Below, in pieces: positions 28,349-43,119 of a stretch of DNA of 57,471 bases. Within the stretch, counting starts at the first letter, position 1; each line of letters opens with the position of its first letter. The stretch spans positions 1-57,471 of the forward strand of contig WJJI01000021.1 of the NCBI GenBank assembly GCA_014729795.1, written 5' to 3'. The notes below the pieces were generated by a model, which ran no database searches, was not told where the DNA came from, and saw only the letters and a list, made by a program, of their open reading frames with translations. Source of the stretch: Candidatus Moraniibacteriota bacterium (lineage in GTDB: Bacteria; Patescibacteriota; Minisyncoccia; CAIUEV01; JAHKAQ01). Made by a program: the position numbers and the translations under genes.

Positions 28349-29836
28349 ATGACTTTAAAAAATCAATCAACCTGTCGTTTAAGATTTGCGCCGTCGCCTA
28401 CCGGCTATTTGCATATTGGCAATTTGCGCACTATTTTAACCAATTATTTATTCGCGAGACATTATGGTGGAGATTTTATCGTGCGACTTGAGGATACCGA
28501 TCAAGCTAGAATAGTTCAGGGAGCAGCTAAGGAAATTATAAAATCGCTAAAATGGGCCGGGCTTGAGTGGGAGGAAGGGATTGACCTTGACAGTCGTGGT
28601 CAAATTGTGGAAAAGGGATCTTCGGGTCCATATATTCAATCGAAAAGATTGGCAATTTATCAAAAAATGGCAGAGCAGTTAATTCGGACCGATCAAGCTT
28701 ATTATTGTTTTTGCTCTCGCAAACGGTTAGAGAATATGCGGCAAACGCAAATTCAAAGAAAACAAGCGCCGATGTACGACCGTTATTGTCGCCAATTAAC
28801 CGAGGCGGAAATTAAAAAAAAGCTTAAAAACAAAGAACCATACGTGATTAGACTCAAGGTTGCCAGAGAGGAAGAAACGGTTTTTAAGGATTTGGTTCGA
28901 GGTAGGATTCGGATTGAGAATCGCGTGATTGACGATCAAGTTTTGGTTAAGTCGGATGGGTTTCCGACTTATCATTTGGCTGTGGTGGTAGATGATCATT
29001 TAATGAAAATTACGCATGTGTTTCGTTCTGAAGAATGGTTACCCTCGGTACCGAAACATATTTTGATTTATAAGGCTTTTGGTTTTAAGTTGCCTTATTT
29101 TGGTCATTTGCCTCAGCTGTTAAACATGAACGGAAAAAAATTAAGCAAAAGAGATGGAGAGGTGGCGGTAAAAGATTTTCGTTATAAAGGTTATTTAAGC
29201 GAAGCGGTGATTAACTATATTGCCTTGCTGGGTTGGAATCCGAAAACAACTCAGGAAATATTTAGCTTAGAGGAATTAGTAAAGCAATTTGACGAGCGAA
29301 AACTGAATAAAGCCGGCGCGAAATTTGATTATGCTCGTTTGAATTGGTATCAAGCTTATTACTTAAAAAGACTAACTGATGAAAAATTATTTTCATGGGG
29401 AAAGGCAATGTGGCAGCGTTTTGGAATCCAGGGAGTGGAGCCGGAGCAAAGTAAAATCGAGAAAATTCTTTTAGTGCAAAAGCAGAGAGTGGGCGAGCCG
29501 GCTCAAATATTTAAGGAGGTTGATTATTTATTGAAACCCGTTAAATATGCCACGGACTTACTAAAATGGAAAAATATGAGCCAACAGCAGGTACGGGAAC
29601 AACTAAACAAAGCCTGGCAGACGCTTGATCAGGTTAAAGAAAAAGATTTTGAGTTAGAGCGGATCCAACAGGTTTTGACGGAAGCGGCTGCGGAAAAAAG
29701 AGGAGAATTTTTATGGCCGCTCAGAGTGGCTTTAAGCGGGAAAAAACAAAGCGTGAGTCCTTTTGAGTGCGCTTGGGTGTTGGGCAAGAAGCAAAGCAAA
29801 AAAAGAATCGAACAAGCCTTGAATAAAATAAAATAA
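28349..29836 (+). CDS. gltX: Glutamate--tRNA ligase
   Basis: RFAPSPTGYLHIGN, RLEDTD, KLSKR. Confidence 0.97.
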   Translation: MTLKNQSTCRLRFAPSPTGYLHIGNLRTILTNYLFARHYGGDFIVRLEDTDQARIVQGAAKEIIKSLKWAGLEWEEGIDLDSRGQIVEKGSSGPYIQSKRLAIYQKMAEQLIRTDQAYYCFCSRKRLENMRQTQIQRKQAPMYDRYCRQLTEAEIKKKLKNKEPYVIRLKVAREEETVFKDLVRGRIRIENRVIDDQVLVKSDGFPTYHLAVVVDDHLMKITHVFRSEEWLPSVPKHILIYKAFGFKLPYFGHLPQLLNMNGKKLSKRDGEVAVKDFRYKGYLSEAVINYIALLGWNPKTTQEIFSLEELVKQFDERKLNKAGAKFDYARLNWYQAYYLKRLTDEKLFSWGKAMWQRFGIQGVEPEQSKIEKILLVQKQRVGEPAQIFKEVDYLLKPVKYATDLLKWKNMSQQQVREQLNKAWQTLDQVKEKDFELERIQQVLTEAAAEKRGEFLWPLRVALSGKKQSVSPFECAWVLGKKQSKKRIEQALNKIK

Positions 29837-30120
29837 TTTGAAAAGCGATTTTTTTATAAAAGTAAAAAATTTTTTATTTTTAATAAACAATAAGAAGTTG
29901 GTTTCTTTTTGGAAAATAGGAGTTTTTAAAAAAACAAAAGGTAAAAAATAATTTTAGTCTTAAAAATTTAAAAAATTTTAGCAAACAATAACCTTTTTGT
30001 TTGAAACCATTTATTAATGGGCTATTTGACAATTAGAGAATTAAAGAGTTACAATGAATTGGCAAGATTGGTTAACACGGTTTTTACAATAGGTAAAAAA
30101 ATAATATTAAGTAAAAAAAA

Positions 30121-31092
30121 ATGAAGAACTCAAGAAAAGGATTAAAAAGTAGCTCAATCGGTTTGCTTATATTTATAATTGGAGGCTTTTTTTGCATGGC
30201 GAATGAGGTTACTTTAGCAAGAACTTATGATTTATATGTGGAGGCCCAAGCCGCGGCGGGAGGTGATGGTAGCCAAGCAAGACCGTATAATTCTATTGGA
30301 AAAGCATTAAGCCAAACCAAGGAAGACCAAATTGTTTTTGTTAAAAACGGGCTTTATCAAGAACAAATCGTGATTCCGAGGCAGGTAGAGGTATTAGGCG
30401 AGGATGAAAAAAGGGTAATTATTGACGGGGGAGACGGAGCCGATAAGGGAGACACAGTTTACATGAACCATAAAACCAAGTTGAAAAATGTGACGGTTAA
30501 AGGGGGTTATGTGGGAATCAGGGTACCGAAGCGAGCCGGAGTAAAAGTTGACAATGTTACGATTAAAAAAGCCAAAAAAGACGGAGTTTATCTAGAAGGA
30601 GACAAGAAGACCAGAAGGAAAGATCGCTATGAAAGGGACTTTGAAGATTGTAAAATTATCGACAATGGAGCCAAGGGCATGTATGTTAAGAAGAGTCAAT
30701 TTTCCATTGAAGAATCCGAGATTGAGGACAATGAAGAAGAAGGCATTGATTTGAGGAAATATGTAAAAGGTCGAATTGAAGATAATGAATTTGATGATAA
30801 TGGAGAAAGCCACATTGAAACCAAAATTGATAAGATAAAATTGAAAATTAAGGATAATAATTTTGAGGATGGCGATAGAAGCGCGATTGCTTTACAGTCT
30901 TATCAAGGATCCGGCGGATACATATATTTAAAAGACAATAAAATTAAAGATAATAAGCATTACGGAATAAAATGTAAGCGCATGAGTAATGGGCCGGCTG
31001 GAGGCTGGGCAAGTAAATTAATGATGATAGGCAACAAATTCGCCTCTAATGATAAAGGAGATTTTTCTAAACGTTGTAAAATTGACAGATAG
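30121..31092 (+). CDS. Secreted right-handed parallel beta-helix protein (DUF1565-like N-terminus)
   Basis: Signal peptide; GDGSQARPYNSIGKAL, VKNGLYQE; repeated I.DN...GI turns. Confidence 0.8.
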   Translation: MKNSRKGLKSSSIGLLIFIIGGFFCMANEVTLARTYDLYVEAQAAAGGDGSQARPYNSIGKALSQTKEDQIVFVKNGLYQEQIVIPRQVEVLGEDEKRVIIDGGDGADKGDTVYMNHKTKLKNVTVKGGYVGIRVPKRAGVKVDNVTIKKAKKDGVYLEGDKKTRRKDRYERDFEDCKIIDNGAKGMYVKKSQFSIEESEIEDNEEEGIDLRKYVKGRIEDNEFDDNGESHIETKIDKIKLKIKDNNFEDGDRSAIALQSYQGSGGYIYLKDNKIKDNKHYGIKCKRMSNGPAGGWASKLMMIGNKFASNDKGDFSKRCKIDR

Positions 31093-31124
31093 TGAAAATT
31101 ATTGGCATGAATGAGGATGAGAAT

Positions 31125-31153
31125 TTGACTTTTATGGATTTTGTTGGTAATTT
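31125..31153 (+). promoter_or_regulatory. Candidate sigma70 promoter for the 23S transcript
   Basis: TTGACT-17 nt-TAATTT with an extended TG. Confidence 0.45.
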
Positions 31154-31289
31154 ATAGTTTCCTCAATATAAAATATTTATTTTAATAAAATTGCTTTCAG
31201 TAGAGTGGTTGTTTGTAGCTGAATAGTTTTTTGACTTTTTGGATTTAAAAACAAGCAATAAGATATTGTTTGTTTTTAGGCTCAAAAAA

Positions 31290-31413
31290 TTATGACTTAC
31301 GCGCTTGGTAAATTTTCAGAGAAGATTCGACGGTTTTTGACCACATACACCGTATACTTCTTACAGAAATCCCGATATTTTTTGCAAAATTTCTCTAAGC
31401 GTGTAAGTCATAA
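31290..31413. repeat. Dispersed hairpin repeat family member (best-preserved copy)
   Basis: TTATGACTTACGCGCTTGG...CTAAGCGTGTAAGTCATAA: 19 consecutive pairs including two G-T, then an imperfect inner stem. Confidence 0.8.
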
Positions 31414-31511
31414 GAATAAGGAACTTTAACAATTTAATTTACCAAATTTTAGATGCATTAAAGAGCCATAATAATGTCTAAAATTAGGGTAAATGGCATC
31501 AATATTAATGA

Positions 31512-31541
31512 ATTAATCATTATTTGCTAGTTAAAAACAAG
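31512..31541 (+). other. 5' strand of the 23S processing stem (pairs with 34706-34735)
   Basis: ATTAATCATTATTTGCTAGTTAAAAACAAG is complementary to CTTGTTTTTAACTAGTTAATGGTGATTAAT. Confidence 0.8.
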
Positions 31542-31575
31542 AATCTTGGGAATTCTTCCCAAATAAAAATAATGC

Positions 31576-34694
<3,119 letters not shown>

Positions 34695-34735
34695 CATTTA
34701 TAACACTTGTTTTTAACTAGTTAATGGTGATTAAT

Positions 34736-34819
34736 TTAGAACTTACACGTTTGGAAAATTTAAACTTTTAAAATAAGAAATAACGATAATTTTTAAAATT
34801 TTAAACGTGTAAGTTCTAA
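34736..34819. repeat. Dispersed hairpin repeat family member (shorter interior)
   Basis: TTAGAACTTACACGTTTGGAA ... TTTTAAACGTGTAAGTTCTAA: 17 perfect pairs, with compensatory changes relative to 31290-31413. Confidence 0.75.
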
Positions 34820-34839
34820 TTAGCTCTCGATTTCAGCAT

Positions 34840-34866
34840 AAAACCTGTTTTTTAACAGGTTTTTTT
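34840..34866 (+). terminator. Intrinsic terminator of the 23S transcript
   Basis: AAAACCTGTT-tttt-AACAGGTTTT followed by T-run. Confidence 0.7.
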
Positions 34867-35028
34867 GTTTTTTTTGAAAAATTATATAGGATAAGAAGTA
34901 AAACGGAGCAATGGGTGTCTTCCGCTAATTAAATTGATAATGGCTGTGATTTAATGATAAAATGAACTTAAAGAGCTCTTAGTTACAACACAATTAAGGA
35001 AGAATTTTTTTATTTTATAATAGAATTC

Positions 35029-35844
35029 ATGAACAAAAATGAAGTTATATTTTTCCGGGAAGCACAAGAAAAACGAATTATAAGGAATGTGGATAGTTTT
35101 ATAGAATTAATTACAAAAAAATTTAACCTTATGGTAGAACAAGAAGATAAAGAATTAGAGTTGGTGACATTGTTGACGGCATTAAGAAATAAAAGTAATA
35201 CCGAAGCGGATGAAGACAATAAAAAAAACCAAAACGGGCAAATTATTCAGTTGAAAGAATATAGAAATGAGCAAGAAATTCAGAGATTAAAACAAACGAT
35301 TGAAGACTTAAGAATAAAAATCACTAATTTAGAAAATAAAATTAAAGAGAAAAAATATAAACATAGAAGGCAATTACAAGATATTAATAGCAAAGAAACC
35401 GAAAGGACACCATTCGAAAGGACACCATTACCGGATTCCGAGAAAAAAAGCGATGGTAGACCGAAAACCCATGAGGTGATTTTAATTGAAATCTTGAAAG
35501 AAAAAATACAAGCAATAGAAAATAAAATTAAGCAAAAAATTAATAAAATTAAAACGTTATTAAATTCAATGCCCGGATTATTAAAAGAACAACAACATAT
35601 TAAAAATTTGTTGTTATTATCTTTGAATTTATTGGATGAAGATACGAATAAACCAAGCCAGTATAGAGATAAATATAGAGTTTTAGTTGATTCTTTGGAA
35701 AGCCTAAAATCAGCTAATGAAACAAATTATAAAAATGTTGCAGATCAAACATTAAAAAGAATAAAGGATGCAAAGCCAGAATTTCTAAGACTTGATGAAT
35801 TGTTTTTGCTAAAAAAAGAATTGTCTGATTTAATAAAGCTCTAA
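35029..35844 (+). CDS. Hypothetical coiled-coil protein
   Basis: 271-aa low-GC, K/E/I/L-rich ORF. Confidence 0.65.
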   Translation: MNKNEVIFFREAQEKRIIRNVDSFIELITKKFNLMVEQEDKELELVTLLTALRNKSNTEADEDNKKNQNGQIIQLKEYRNEQEIQRLKQTIEDLRIKITNLENKIKEKKYKHRRQLQDINSKETERTPFERTPLPDSEKKSDGRPKTHEVILIEILKEKIQAIENKIKQKINKIKTLLNSMPGLLKEQQHIKNLLLLSLNLLDEDTNKPSQYRDKYRVLVDSLESLKSANETNYKNVADQTLKRIKDAKPEFLRLDELFLLKKELSDLIKL

Positions 35845-35865
35845 AGGCATTAATGGTTTTAAATT

Positions 35866-36582
35866 ATGTCTAGCAAACATGAACAACCAGAGGAACTTAA
35901 AGATCCCGAGATTGAGAAGTTGGAGCAAAGATTGAGGAAGCTGGATGAACAGATAAAGAATTATACTAATTTAATCAAAAACAACGAACAAGAAATTCAA
36001 GAAATAAACGATAAATTAAAAAACAAAGTAATTGATATTAACAAGGGAGAGTTATTTATCAGAAAAAAAGCTGTTTTAATAGAATTGAATGAATATTATG
36101 CAAATGAAATAATTAACCTTGAAAAACAACGAAAGGAGCTCGGAAGTCAACTAGAGGGTTTGCTTAACGCAACCGTAAAAAATTCAGAAGTTATTGATTT
36201 TTGTTCAGATGGATCCAAAAAAGAATTGATTGAAAAAAGATTGAAACAGATTCAGGCACAAATTGATCAATTAAATAATGATATTGCTTTTTTAAAGAGT
36301 TCGCTTGAGCTTCGGAATATTAAATTGTTAGATCTTGAATTATCAAGATTGAGAACCCGGGGACAAGGAACCGAATCAGCACCAAGCCACCAAACCGATA
36401 AGGGGCCTAAAGATAGCAGTAAAGTCATTGTCTTGGAAGATAAAAAATTAGAAAAAGCCAAAGAAACGGTTGAAGAACTCAAAAGAGCCATAAAGATTAA
36501 AGAACGATCGATAAATATTTTATTAAGAAGAATCGAAGTATTAGTTAAGAAGAGAGATAGGCTTTTAGCTGAACAGTTTTAA
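35866..36582 (+). CDS. Hypothetical coiled-coil protein
   Basis: 238-aa ORF with heptad pattern, co-oriented with the previous gene. Confidence 0.65.
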   Translation: MSSKHEQPEELKDPEIEKLEQRLRKLDEQIKNYTNLIKNNEQEIQEINDKLKNKVIDINKGELFIRKKAVLIELNEYYANEIINLEKQRKELGSQLEGLLNATVKNSEVIDFCSDGSKKELIEKRLKQIQAQIDQLNNDIAFLKSSLELRNIKLLDLELSRLRTRGQGTESAPSHQTDKGPKDSSKVIVLEDKKLEKAKETVEELKRAIKIKERSINILLRRIEVLVKKRDRLLAEQF

Positions 36583-36643
36583 CGAATTAACCCTATTTAG
36601 AATTCAGCGATGACTGACATTGAGTCAATAATCAAGATTAAAA

Positions 36644-37276
36644 ATGATATTTAAAAATAGAAAACAAGCAGGTCAAAAGTTAGCAGGAATTTTAGAAGGG
36701 TATGAGCAGGATAAAACAGCGATTGTTTTAGGATTGGCTCGAGGCGGGGTGGTGACGGCTGAGGTCGTGGCGAAAAGGTTGGGCTTGGCTTTAGATTTGT
36801 TGGTGGTTAAGAAAATCGGAGCTCCGGGGAATGAGGAATTTGCTTTGGGAGCGGTTACTCAAACCGGCACCGGTTTTTTTGATGATAGGATAATTGATTA
36901 CTATGGAATTGATAAGGAGTACATAGAGCAAGAACAAGCAAAAGCCATTGCTTTGGCTCAAGAAAAAAATAGTTTATATCGAGGTGATCGGTCCGAACTT
37001 GACCTGACCGGGAAGAAAACAATCTTGGTTGATGACGGGTTGGCAACAGGAGCTAGCATGATTGCGGCAGCCAAATGCGTTAAAGAACTGGGGGCGCAAA
37101 AGATAATTATAGCGACGCCGGTAGCGGCGCCTGATTCGTTAGAAAAAATCAGACAGTATATTGATGAAATAAAAGTTTTAGAGTCGACAAATTTGTTTTT
37201 AAGCGTGGGGCAGTTTTATCGGAAGTTTGACCAAGTAACCGATAAGCAAGTTCAAGAGATTATGAAAACCAACTAA
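36644..37276 (+). CDS. Phosphoribosyltransferase-family protein
   Basis: FKNRKQAG, GLARGGV, PRPP-binding ILVDDGLATG, VGQFY..FDQVTD. Confidence 0.9.
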   Translation: MIFKNRKQAGQKLAGILEGYEQDKTAIVLGLARGGVVTAEVVAKRLGLALDLLVVKKIGAPGNEEFALGAVTQTGTGFFDDRIIDYYGIDKEYIEQEQAKAIALAQEKNSLYRGDRSELDLTGKKTILVDDGLATGASMIAAAKCVKELGAQKIIIATPVAAPDSLEKIRQYIDEIKVLESTNLFLSVGQFYRKFDQVTDKQVQEIMKTN

Positions 37277-37407
37277 AGGATTATGCAAATTGTATAAAAG
37301 GATATAAGAATGCAATCGCGATAATGATTGTAATTACAAAAAATACTTAGCAAGATTTTATTTCTCTCAGTTAAGAATTTTATTAAAACTTATATAGGGT
37401 TAAAATA

Positions 37408-38076
37408 ATGAAAAAAGGAAAATTTACGGGCGATAAAAAGGTAGGAGGTTCTTTTTTATATGACTTGGAGATTAAGACTGTGAATAAGACGCTTCCTTAT
37501 ATTCCCAGATGGATAGAGACGTATCATTTGACTTATTCAACGATAATTTGGTCCCTTTTAATAATTCTATCCGGATACTTAAGTAATAAATACGGTATGA
37601 ATTGGTTGTGGCTTTCTTCGATAATGATCGTTTTGCAATATTTAACCGATTTGTATGATGGAAAACTGGGAAGGTATCGAAATACAGGTTTGGTTAAGTG
37701 GGGATATTATATGGATCATTTTTTGGATTATTTTTTTCTTTGCGCGATTTTGATTAGCTATTCTTTTGTGATTCCAGAGGACAAGGAAATAATACTGTTT
37801 TTTATTTTAGCAATTCTGGGAGGATTTATGGTTAATACCTATTTGGCCTTTGCGGTTTCAAATGAGTTTAGGATTTCATATTGGAAAATCGGACCAACCG
37901 AAATAAGAATTTTGTTTATTTTAATTAATACGTGGTTTATTGTTTTTAAAAAAAGCTATTTGTATTTTACTTTACCGACGTTTTTAATTTTAATAACCCT
38001 CGGACTCATAATTGTGGTTTACCGTACACAAAAGAGGATTTGGAGCATTGGTGCAAGAAGAGGAAAGCAAAAATAA
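37408..38076 (+). CDS. CDP-alcohol phosphatidyltransferase-family protein
   Basis: Signature DLYDGKLGR...GYYMDHFLD; multi-TM. Confidence 0.85.
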   Translation: MKKGKFTGDKKVGGSFLYDLEIKTVNKTLPYIPRWIETYHLTYSTIIWSLLIILSGYLSNKYGMNWLWLSSIMIVLQYLTDLYDGKLGRYRNTGLVKWGYYMDHFLDYFFLCAILISYSFVIPEDKEIILFFILAILGGFMVNTYLAFAVSNEFRISYWKIGPTEIRILFILINTWFIVFKKSYLYFTLPTFLILITLGLIIVVYRTQKRIWSIGARRGKQK

Positions 38077-38223
38077 CTTTTTAATATTTTAAAAAATTAA
38101 ACAAAAATATCCTATTGGGAGAAAATGGTATGATATTTTACTTGCATAAATTCTTTTATTTGAATATAATATGTTTAATAGGAAAGATAATAATGATTAA
38201 TAAATAAAAATTAAAAGATAAAA

Positions 38224-38868
38224 ATGATTAAAAGAACATTAATTAGCGTGGCTCTGGGTATTCTATTAGCGGTGCCATTATTTGTTGTGGCTAAAGATGA
38301 AGCTAGCGGGGAAAGAATGAAATTAAAAGAGGCTGAAGTGATCAAGGCCATGCCTGAAATGGGTACAATGGTGGTTGAACGTAACGGGCATATCTATAAT
38401 ATTGTGTTTGCCAAAGCCGATCCGGACAAATTTGAATTGTTGAGTAAATACGGAATCATGGTGGACCCGATGAAATTAAGAGAAGGAGACAATATCACTT
38501 GTAGAGGCAGGAGATTTCTTCATCACTTTGTGCCTTCCAAATGTCGGGTAGAAAAGGGCTCGCAAAGAAAATTGAGAAGCGCCAAAAAAGGCATTATTGT
38601 AGCCGATGTTTTTGCTGTTGATCCGATTAATGATTTGATTTACGCAGCTCATAGTTTGAATAAACATGATATATCCATTTTTGAAGGAGAAAAATCTAAA
38701 AGATATAAAAATGGCAAAAGATACAATACTCATGGCGACCATGTTTATAAAGCTTATTGGAGATTAAAAATCGAGGCTGAATATGATAAGAGCGATGGTA
38801 TTTACAAAGACGTGGAAGAAATCGAAATTTTAAGTAAACATGATAATCCGCCGGAGTATGGTTATTAA
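38224..38868 (+). CDS. Hypothetical secreted protein
   Basis: Signal peptide; 214 aa; followed by a terminator. Confidence 0.65.
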   Translation: MIKRTLISVALGILLAVPLFVVAKDEASGERMKLKEAEVIKAMPEMGTMVVERNGHIYNIVFAKADPDKFELLSKYGIMVDPMKLREGDNITCRGRRFLHHFVPSKCRVEKGSQRKLRSAKKGIIVADVFAVDPINDLIYAAHSLNKHDISIFEGEKSKRYKNGKRYNTHGDHVYKAYWRLKIEAEYDKSDGIYKDVEEIEILSKHDNPPEYGY

Positions 38869-38903
38869 AACCAAAGCAAAGTAAATTATAATCTATTATG
38901 ATT

Positions 38904-38928
38904 AAGAGCGGCTTCCGGGTCGCTCTTT
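38904..38928 (+). terminator. Probable intrinsic terminator
   Basis: AAGAGCGGC-ttccgg-GTCGCTCTT then T. Confidence 0.55.
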
Positions 38929-38968
38929 GACATTTTCCTTAACCATGGTTATCCTAAAACCATAATAC

Positions 38969-39087
38969 GATTTATGCCTTTGGTAAATTCTTTTAAAGAA
39001 AACTCCGCGGTTTCGGCGATGGATATCCAAACACCTTTTACAAAAACCCCGTTATCTTTTCTGAAATTTCGCTAAGCCAGTAATTCA
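38969..39087. repeat. Dispersed hairpin repeat family member (degenerate arms, conserved interior)
   Basis: TTGGTAAATT...CGCGGTTT...TTACAAAAACCCCGTTATCTTTTCTGAAATTTCGCTAAGCCAGTAATTCA aligns to the 31290 copy (TTACAGAAATCCCGATATTTTTTGCAAAATTTCTCTAAGCGTGTAAGTCA). Confidence 0.7.
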
Positions 39088-39194
39088 GATAAAAAAGACT
39101 TGAGCAGAATTATAAAATGAATAGCCGGTATAATATTGATGAATTTATCTACTAGGCGTATTTGCTAAAAAATGTTAAAAATTAATAATCAAAA

Positions 39195-39425
39195 ATGAAC
39201 CAAGATAAAAAAACCGAACCTGAAAATGGACAACAAGAAATGGAGGCAACGGTGGAGTATGACCTGGATACTTGCACACGTTGCATGGCATGTGTTACCA
39301 GCTGTCCGACCAAGTGCTTGGAAGACGTTAATGGCGATCCCAAACAAGTTAGACCGCAAGATTGTATTAAATGCGGCAACTGCGAGTCGATTTGTCCTGT
39401 CGGGGCGGTGAAGTTAAAAAAATAA
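39195..39425 (+). CDS. 2x[4Fe-4S] ferredoxin
   Basis: CTRCMACVTSCP and CIKCGNCESICP. The start could also be ATG 39240. Confidence 0.9.
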   Translation: MNQDKKTEPENGQQEMEATVEYDLDTCTRCMACVTSCPTKCLEDVNGDPKQVRPQDCIKCGNCESICPVGAVKLKK

Positions 39426-39440
39426 TTATAGTTTAGTTTT

Positions 39441-39467
39441 AAAAAAGAGCCACCACAGGCTCTTTTT
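39441..39467 (+). terminator. Intrinsic terminator after the ferredoxin gene
   Basis: AAAAAGAGCC-accaca-GGCTCTTTTT. Confidence 0.7.
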
Positions 39468-39475
39468 AAGTAATT

Positions 39476-39502
39476 TTAGCACTCCCCCTTGACGAGTGCT
39501 AA
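39476..39502. promoter_or_regulatory. CIRCE operator (HrcA site) overlapping the groEL -35
   Basis: Exact TTAGCACTC-N9-GAGTGCTAA. TTGACG starts inside the spacer and TGnTATGTT lies downstream. Confidence 0.97.
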
Positions 39503-39577
39503 TTTAATTTGCTATGTTGTTTATAGATGATAATTATAAAAGACCTAGCGCGTAAGCGTTAGTTAAATAAATAATAA

Positions 39578-41251
<1,674 letters not shown>

Positions 41252-41277
41252 TTTGATCGAGTTTTATAATATTTTTT

Positions 41278-41305
41278 AGGGCTTGCTTTATTGGCAAGCC
41301 CTTTT
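41278..41305 (+). terminator. Intrinsic terminator after groEL
   Basis: AGGGCTTGCT-loop-GGCAAGCCCT then TTT. Confidence 0.75.
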
Positions 41306-41497
41306 AAAATTTATTTGAATGCCCAAATTTTACTAGCTTGTAATATTGCTTTTAGACGATGGCGATAAAGTCGAGCAAGAAAGCTAGATTTTTTTTAAAG
41401 GATTTGTTATTTTAAAGAATGATCGTTGGTTTTTAATTGGATTAAAGCTTTCAAGACAGGAGTGATTCTATAATGATTTTGGTAAATTAATTAAATA

Positions 41498-43111
41498 ATG
41501 AGTTTTTTATATAACAAATATCGACCGCAAAAGTTTCAGGACGTAACAGGTCAAGATTTTCCGGTTCAGTCGTTGAAAAATTCCATAAAACTTGACAATA
41601 TCGGGCATGCTTTTTTATTTTGCGGCCCCAGAGGAACCGGAAAAACCAGCTTGGCTAGAATTTTTGCCAGAGCGGTAAATTGTTTGCAGCCCAATAAAGG
41701 AGAACCCTGTAATGAGTGTAAAAATTGTAAATTGATTATTAGCGGAGAAACTTTGGATATGGTAGAAATTGACGCCGCTTCTCATACCGGGGTTGATAAT
41801 ATTAGGGAATTAAAAGAAAGCTTATACGTGGTAGCCGGTGCGCTTAAATATAAAGTGTATATTATCGATGAGGTTCATATGTTGTCTAAGGGAGCTTTTA
41901 ACGCGTTGCTTAAATCTTTAGAAGAGCCGCCTAAGCAGGTAATCTTTATTTTAGCCACAACCGAATTAGGCAAGGTTCCGGCCACGGTAATCTCCAGATG
42001 TCAAAAGTTTGACTTTAAAAGATTATCCAATCAAGCAATTGTTGAAAAGTTAAAAAGAATCTTGAAGCAAGAAAACAAGAAAGCAAGTGAAGAAACCTTA
42101 AATCAAATCGCGGTGCTGGCTCAGGGGGGCATGAGAGACGCGGAAAGTTTGTTAAGTCAATTAATAAATATGAGCGATAAAGAAATTGAGTTTAAAACAG
42201 TGAAAGAATTGTTAGGCATTCCATCAAGTTTAAGTTATGCCGAGCTTTTAAACGCGATTATTCAGGACAATCAGAAACAAGCCTTTAAAATTATTACGGA
42301 TTTAGTTTATAGCGGTCAGGATATGAAGTATTATTTGGAAAATCTGCTTGATTATGTTAGAGAGATTATTGTTTATAAAATTGATTCGGACTATGAAACC
42401 GTGCTTGAGGAAAAATTTGGCACGCAAGGGACGCAGGCTATTCAAGACTTGGAGCAAAAAACAGATCAGGCTATGTTGGCAAAAATGACCGCTGAGTTTT
42501 TAAAGGCAAAGACCTTGTTGCAAGATTCTCCATTACCACAGTTGCCATTAGAGCTAGCGGTTTTAAATCTAACTCGGGCAAAAGAAAAGGAGCAACCTCA
42601 AAAAAAACAAGAAACCAATTTAAAAGCCGAAAAGATTAAAAAACAGGCTCAAACACAAGAGGAAAAATTAGTTAAGCCTGCTGTTAATCAATTCAAGGAG
42701 CAAAAAAGTTCTAAGTCTGATAAAAAGATTTTAACAAAAGCGCCGAGTAAGCAAGAGGTGTGGGCGAAGTGGAATGAGGCAGCAGAGGCAATCGGAGAGC
42801 ATAATCGGGCATTGCAGGGAGTTTTTAAAGGGGCTGAATTGATTGATGTTAGCAAGGATGGTAGATTAAAGATTGCGCTTAAGTATGATTTTTACAAAAA
42901 AAGATTGGAACAGAAGGAAGTGAAAAGATTGCTTAACCAAGTTTTTTTAAACATATTTAACTATGATTTTGATTTTGAATATATAATCAAGAAGCCTTCA
43001 GAAGGTCAAGATAACCAAAAGAAAAAAATTGGGGCTGACCAAAACAAGGTTAAGAAGGATGATCCAGTGCAGGAAATTCTTGAAGAGTTTGGAGGCGAAA
43101 TCATAGAGTAG
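41498..43111 (+). CDS. dnaX: DNA polymerase III subunit gamma/tau
   Basis: KYRPQKF, GPRGTGKT, EIDAAS, IIDEVHML, SRCQ. Confidence 0.97.
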   Translation: MSFLYNKYRPQKFQDVTGQDFPVQSLKNSIKLDNIGHAFLFCGPRGTGKTSLARIFARAVNCLQPNKGEPCNECKNCKLIISGETLDMVEIDAASHTGVDNIRELKESLYVVAGALKYKVYIIDEVHMLSKGAFNALLKSLEEPPKQVIFILATTELGKVPATVISRCQKFDFKRLSNQAIVEKLKRILKQENKKASEETLNQIAVLAQGGMRDAESLLSQLINMSDKEIEFKTVKELLGIPSSLSYAELLNAIIQDNQKQAFKIITDLVYSGQDMKYYLENLLDYVREIIVYKIDSDYETVLEEKFGTQGTQAIQDLEQKTDQAMLAKMTAEFLKAKTLLQDSPLPQLPLELAVLNLTRAKEKEQPQKKQETNLKAEKIKKQAQTQEEKLVKPAVNQFKEQKSSKSDKKILTKAPSKQEVWAKWNEAAEAIGEHNRALQGVFKGAELIDVSKDGRLKIALKYDFYKKRLEQKEVKRLLNQVFLNIFNYDFDFEYIIKKPSEGQDNQKKKIGADQNKVKKDDPVQEILEEFGGEIIE

Positions 43112-43119
43112 CATTAAGC

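Noticed and set aside
42580..42720. Programmed -1 frameshift in dnaX
   Set aside because: A-runs are present but ubiquitous in this genome. I could not identify the E. coli-type A AAA AAG signal together with an upstream SD and downstream hairpin.
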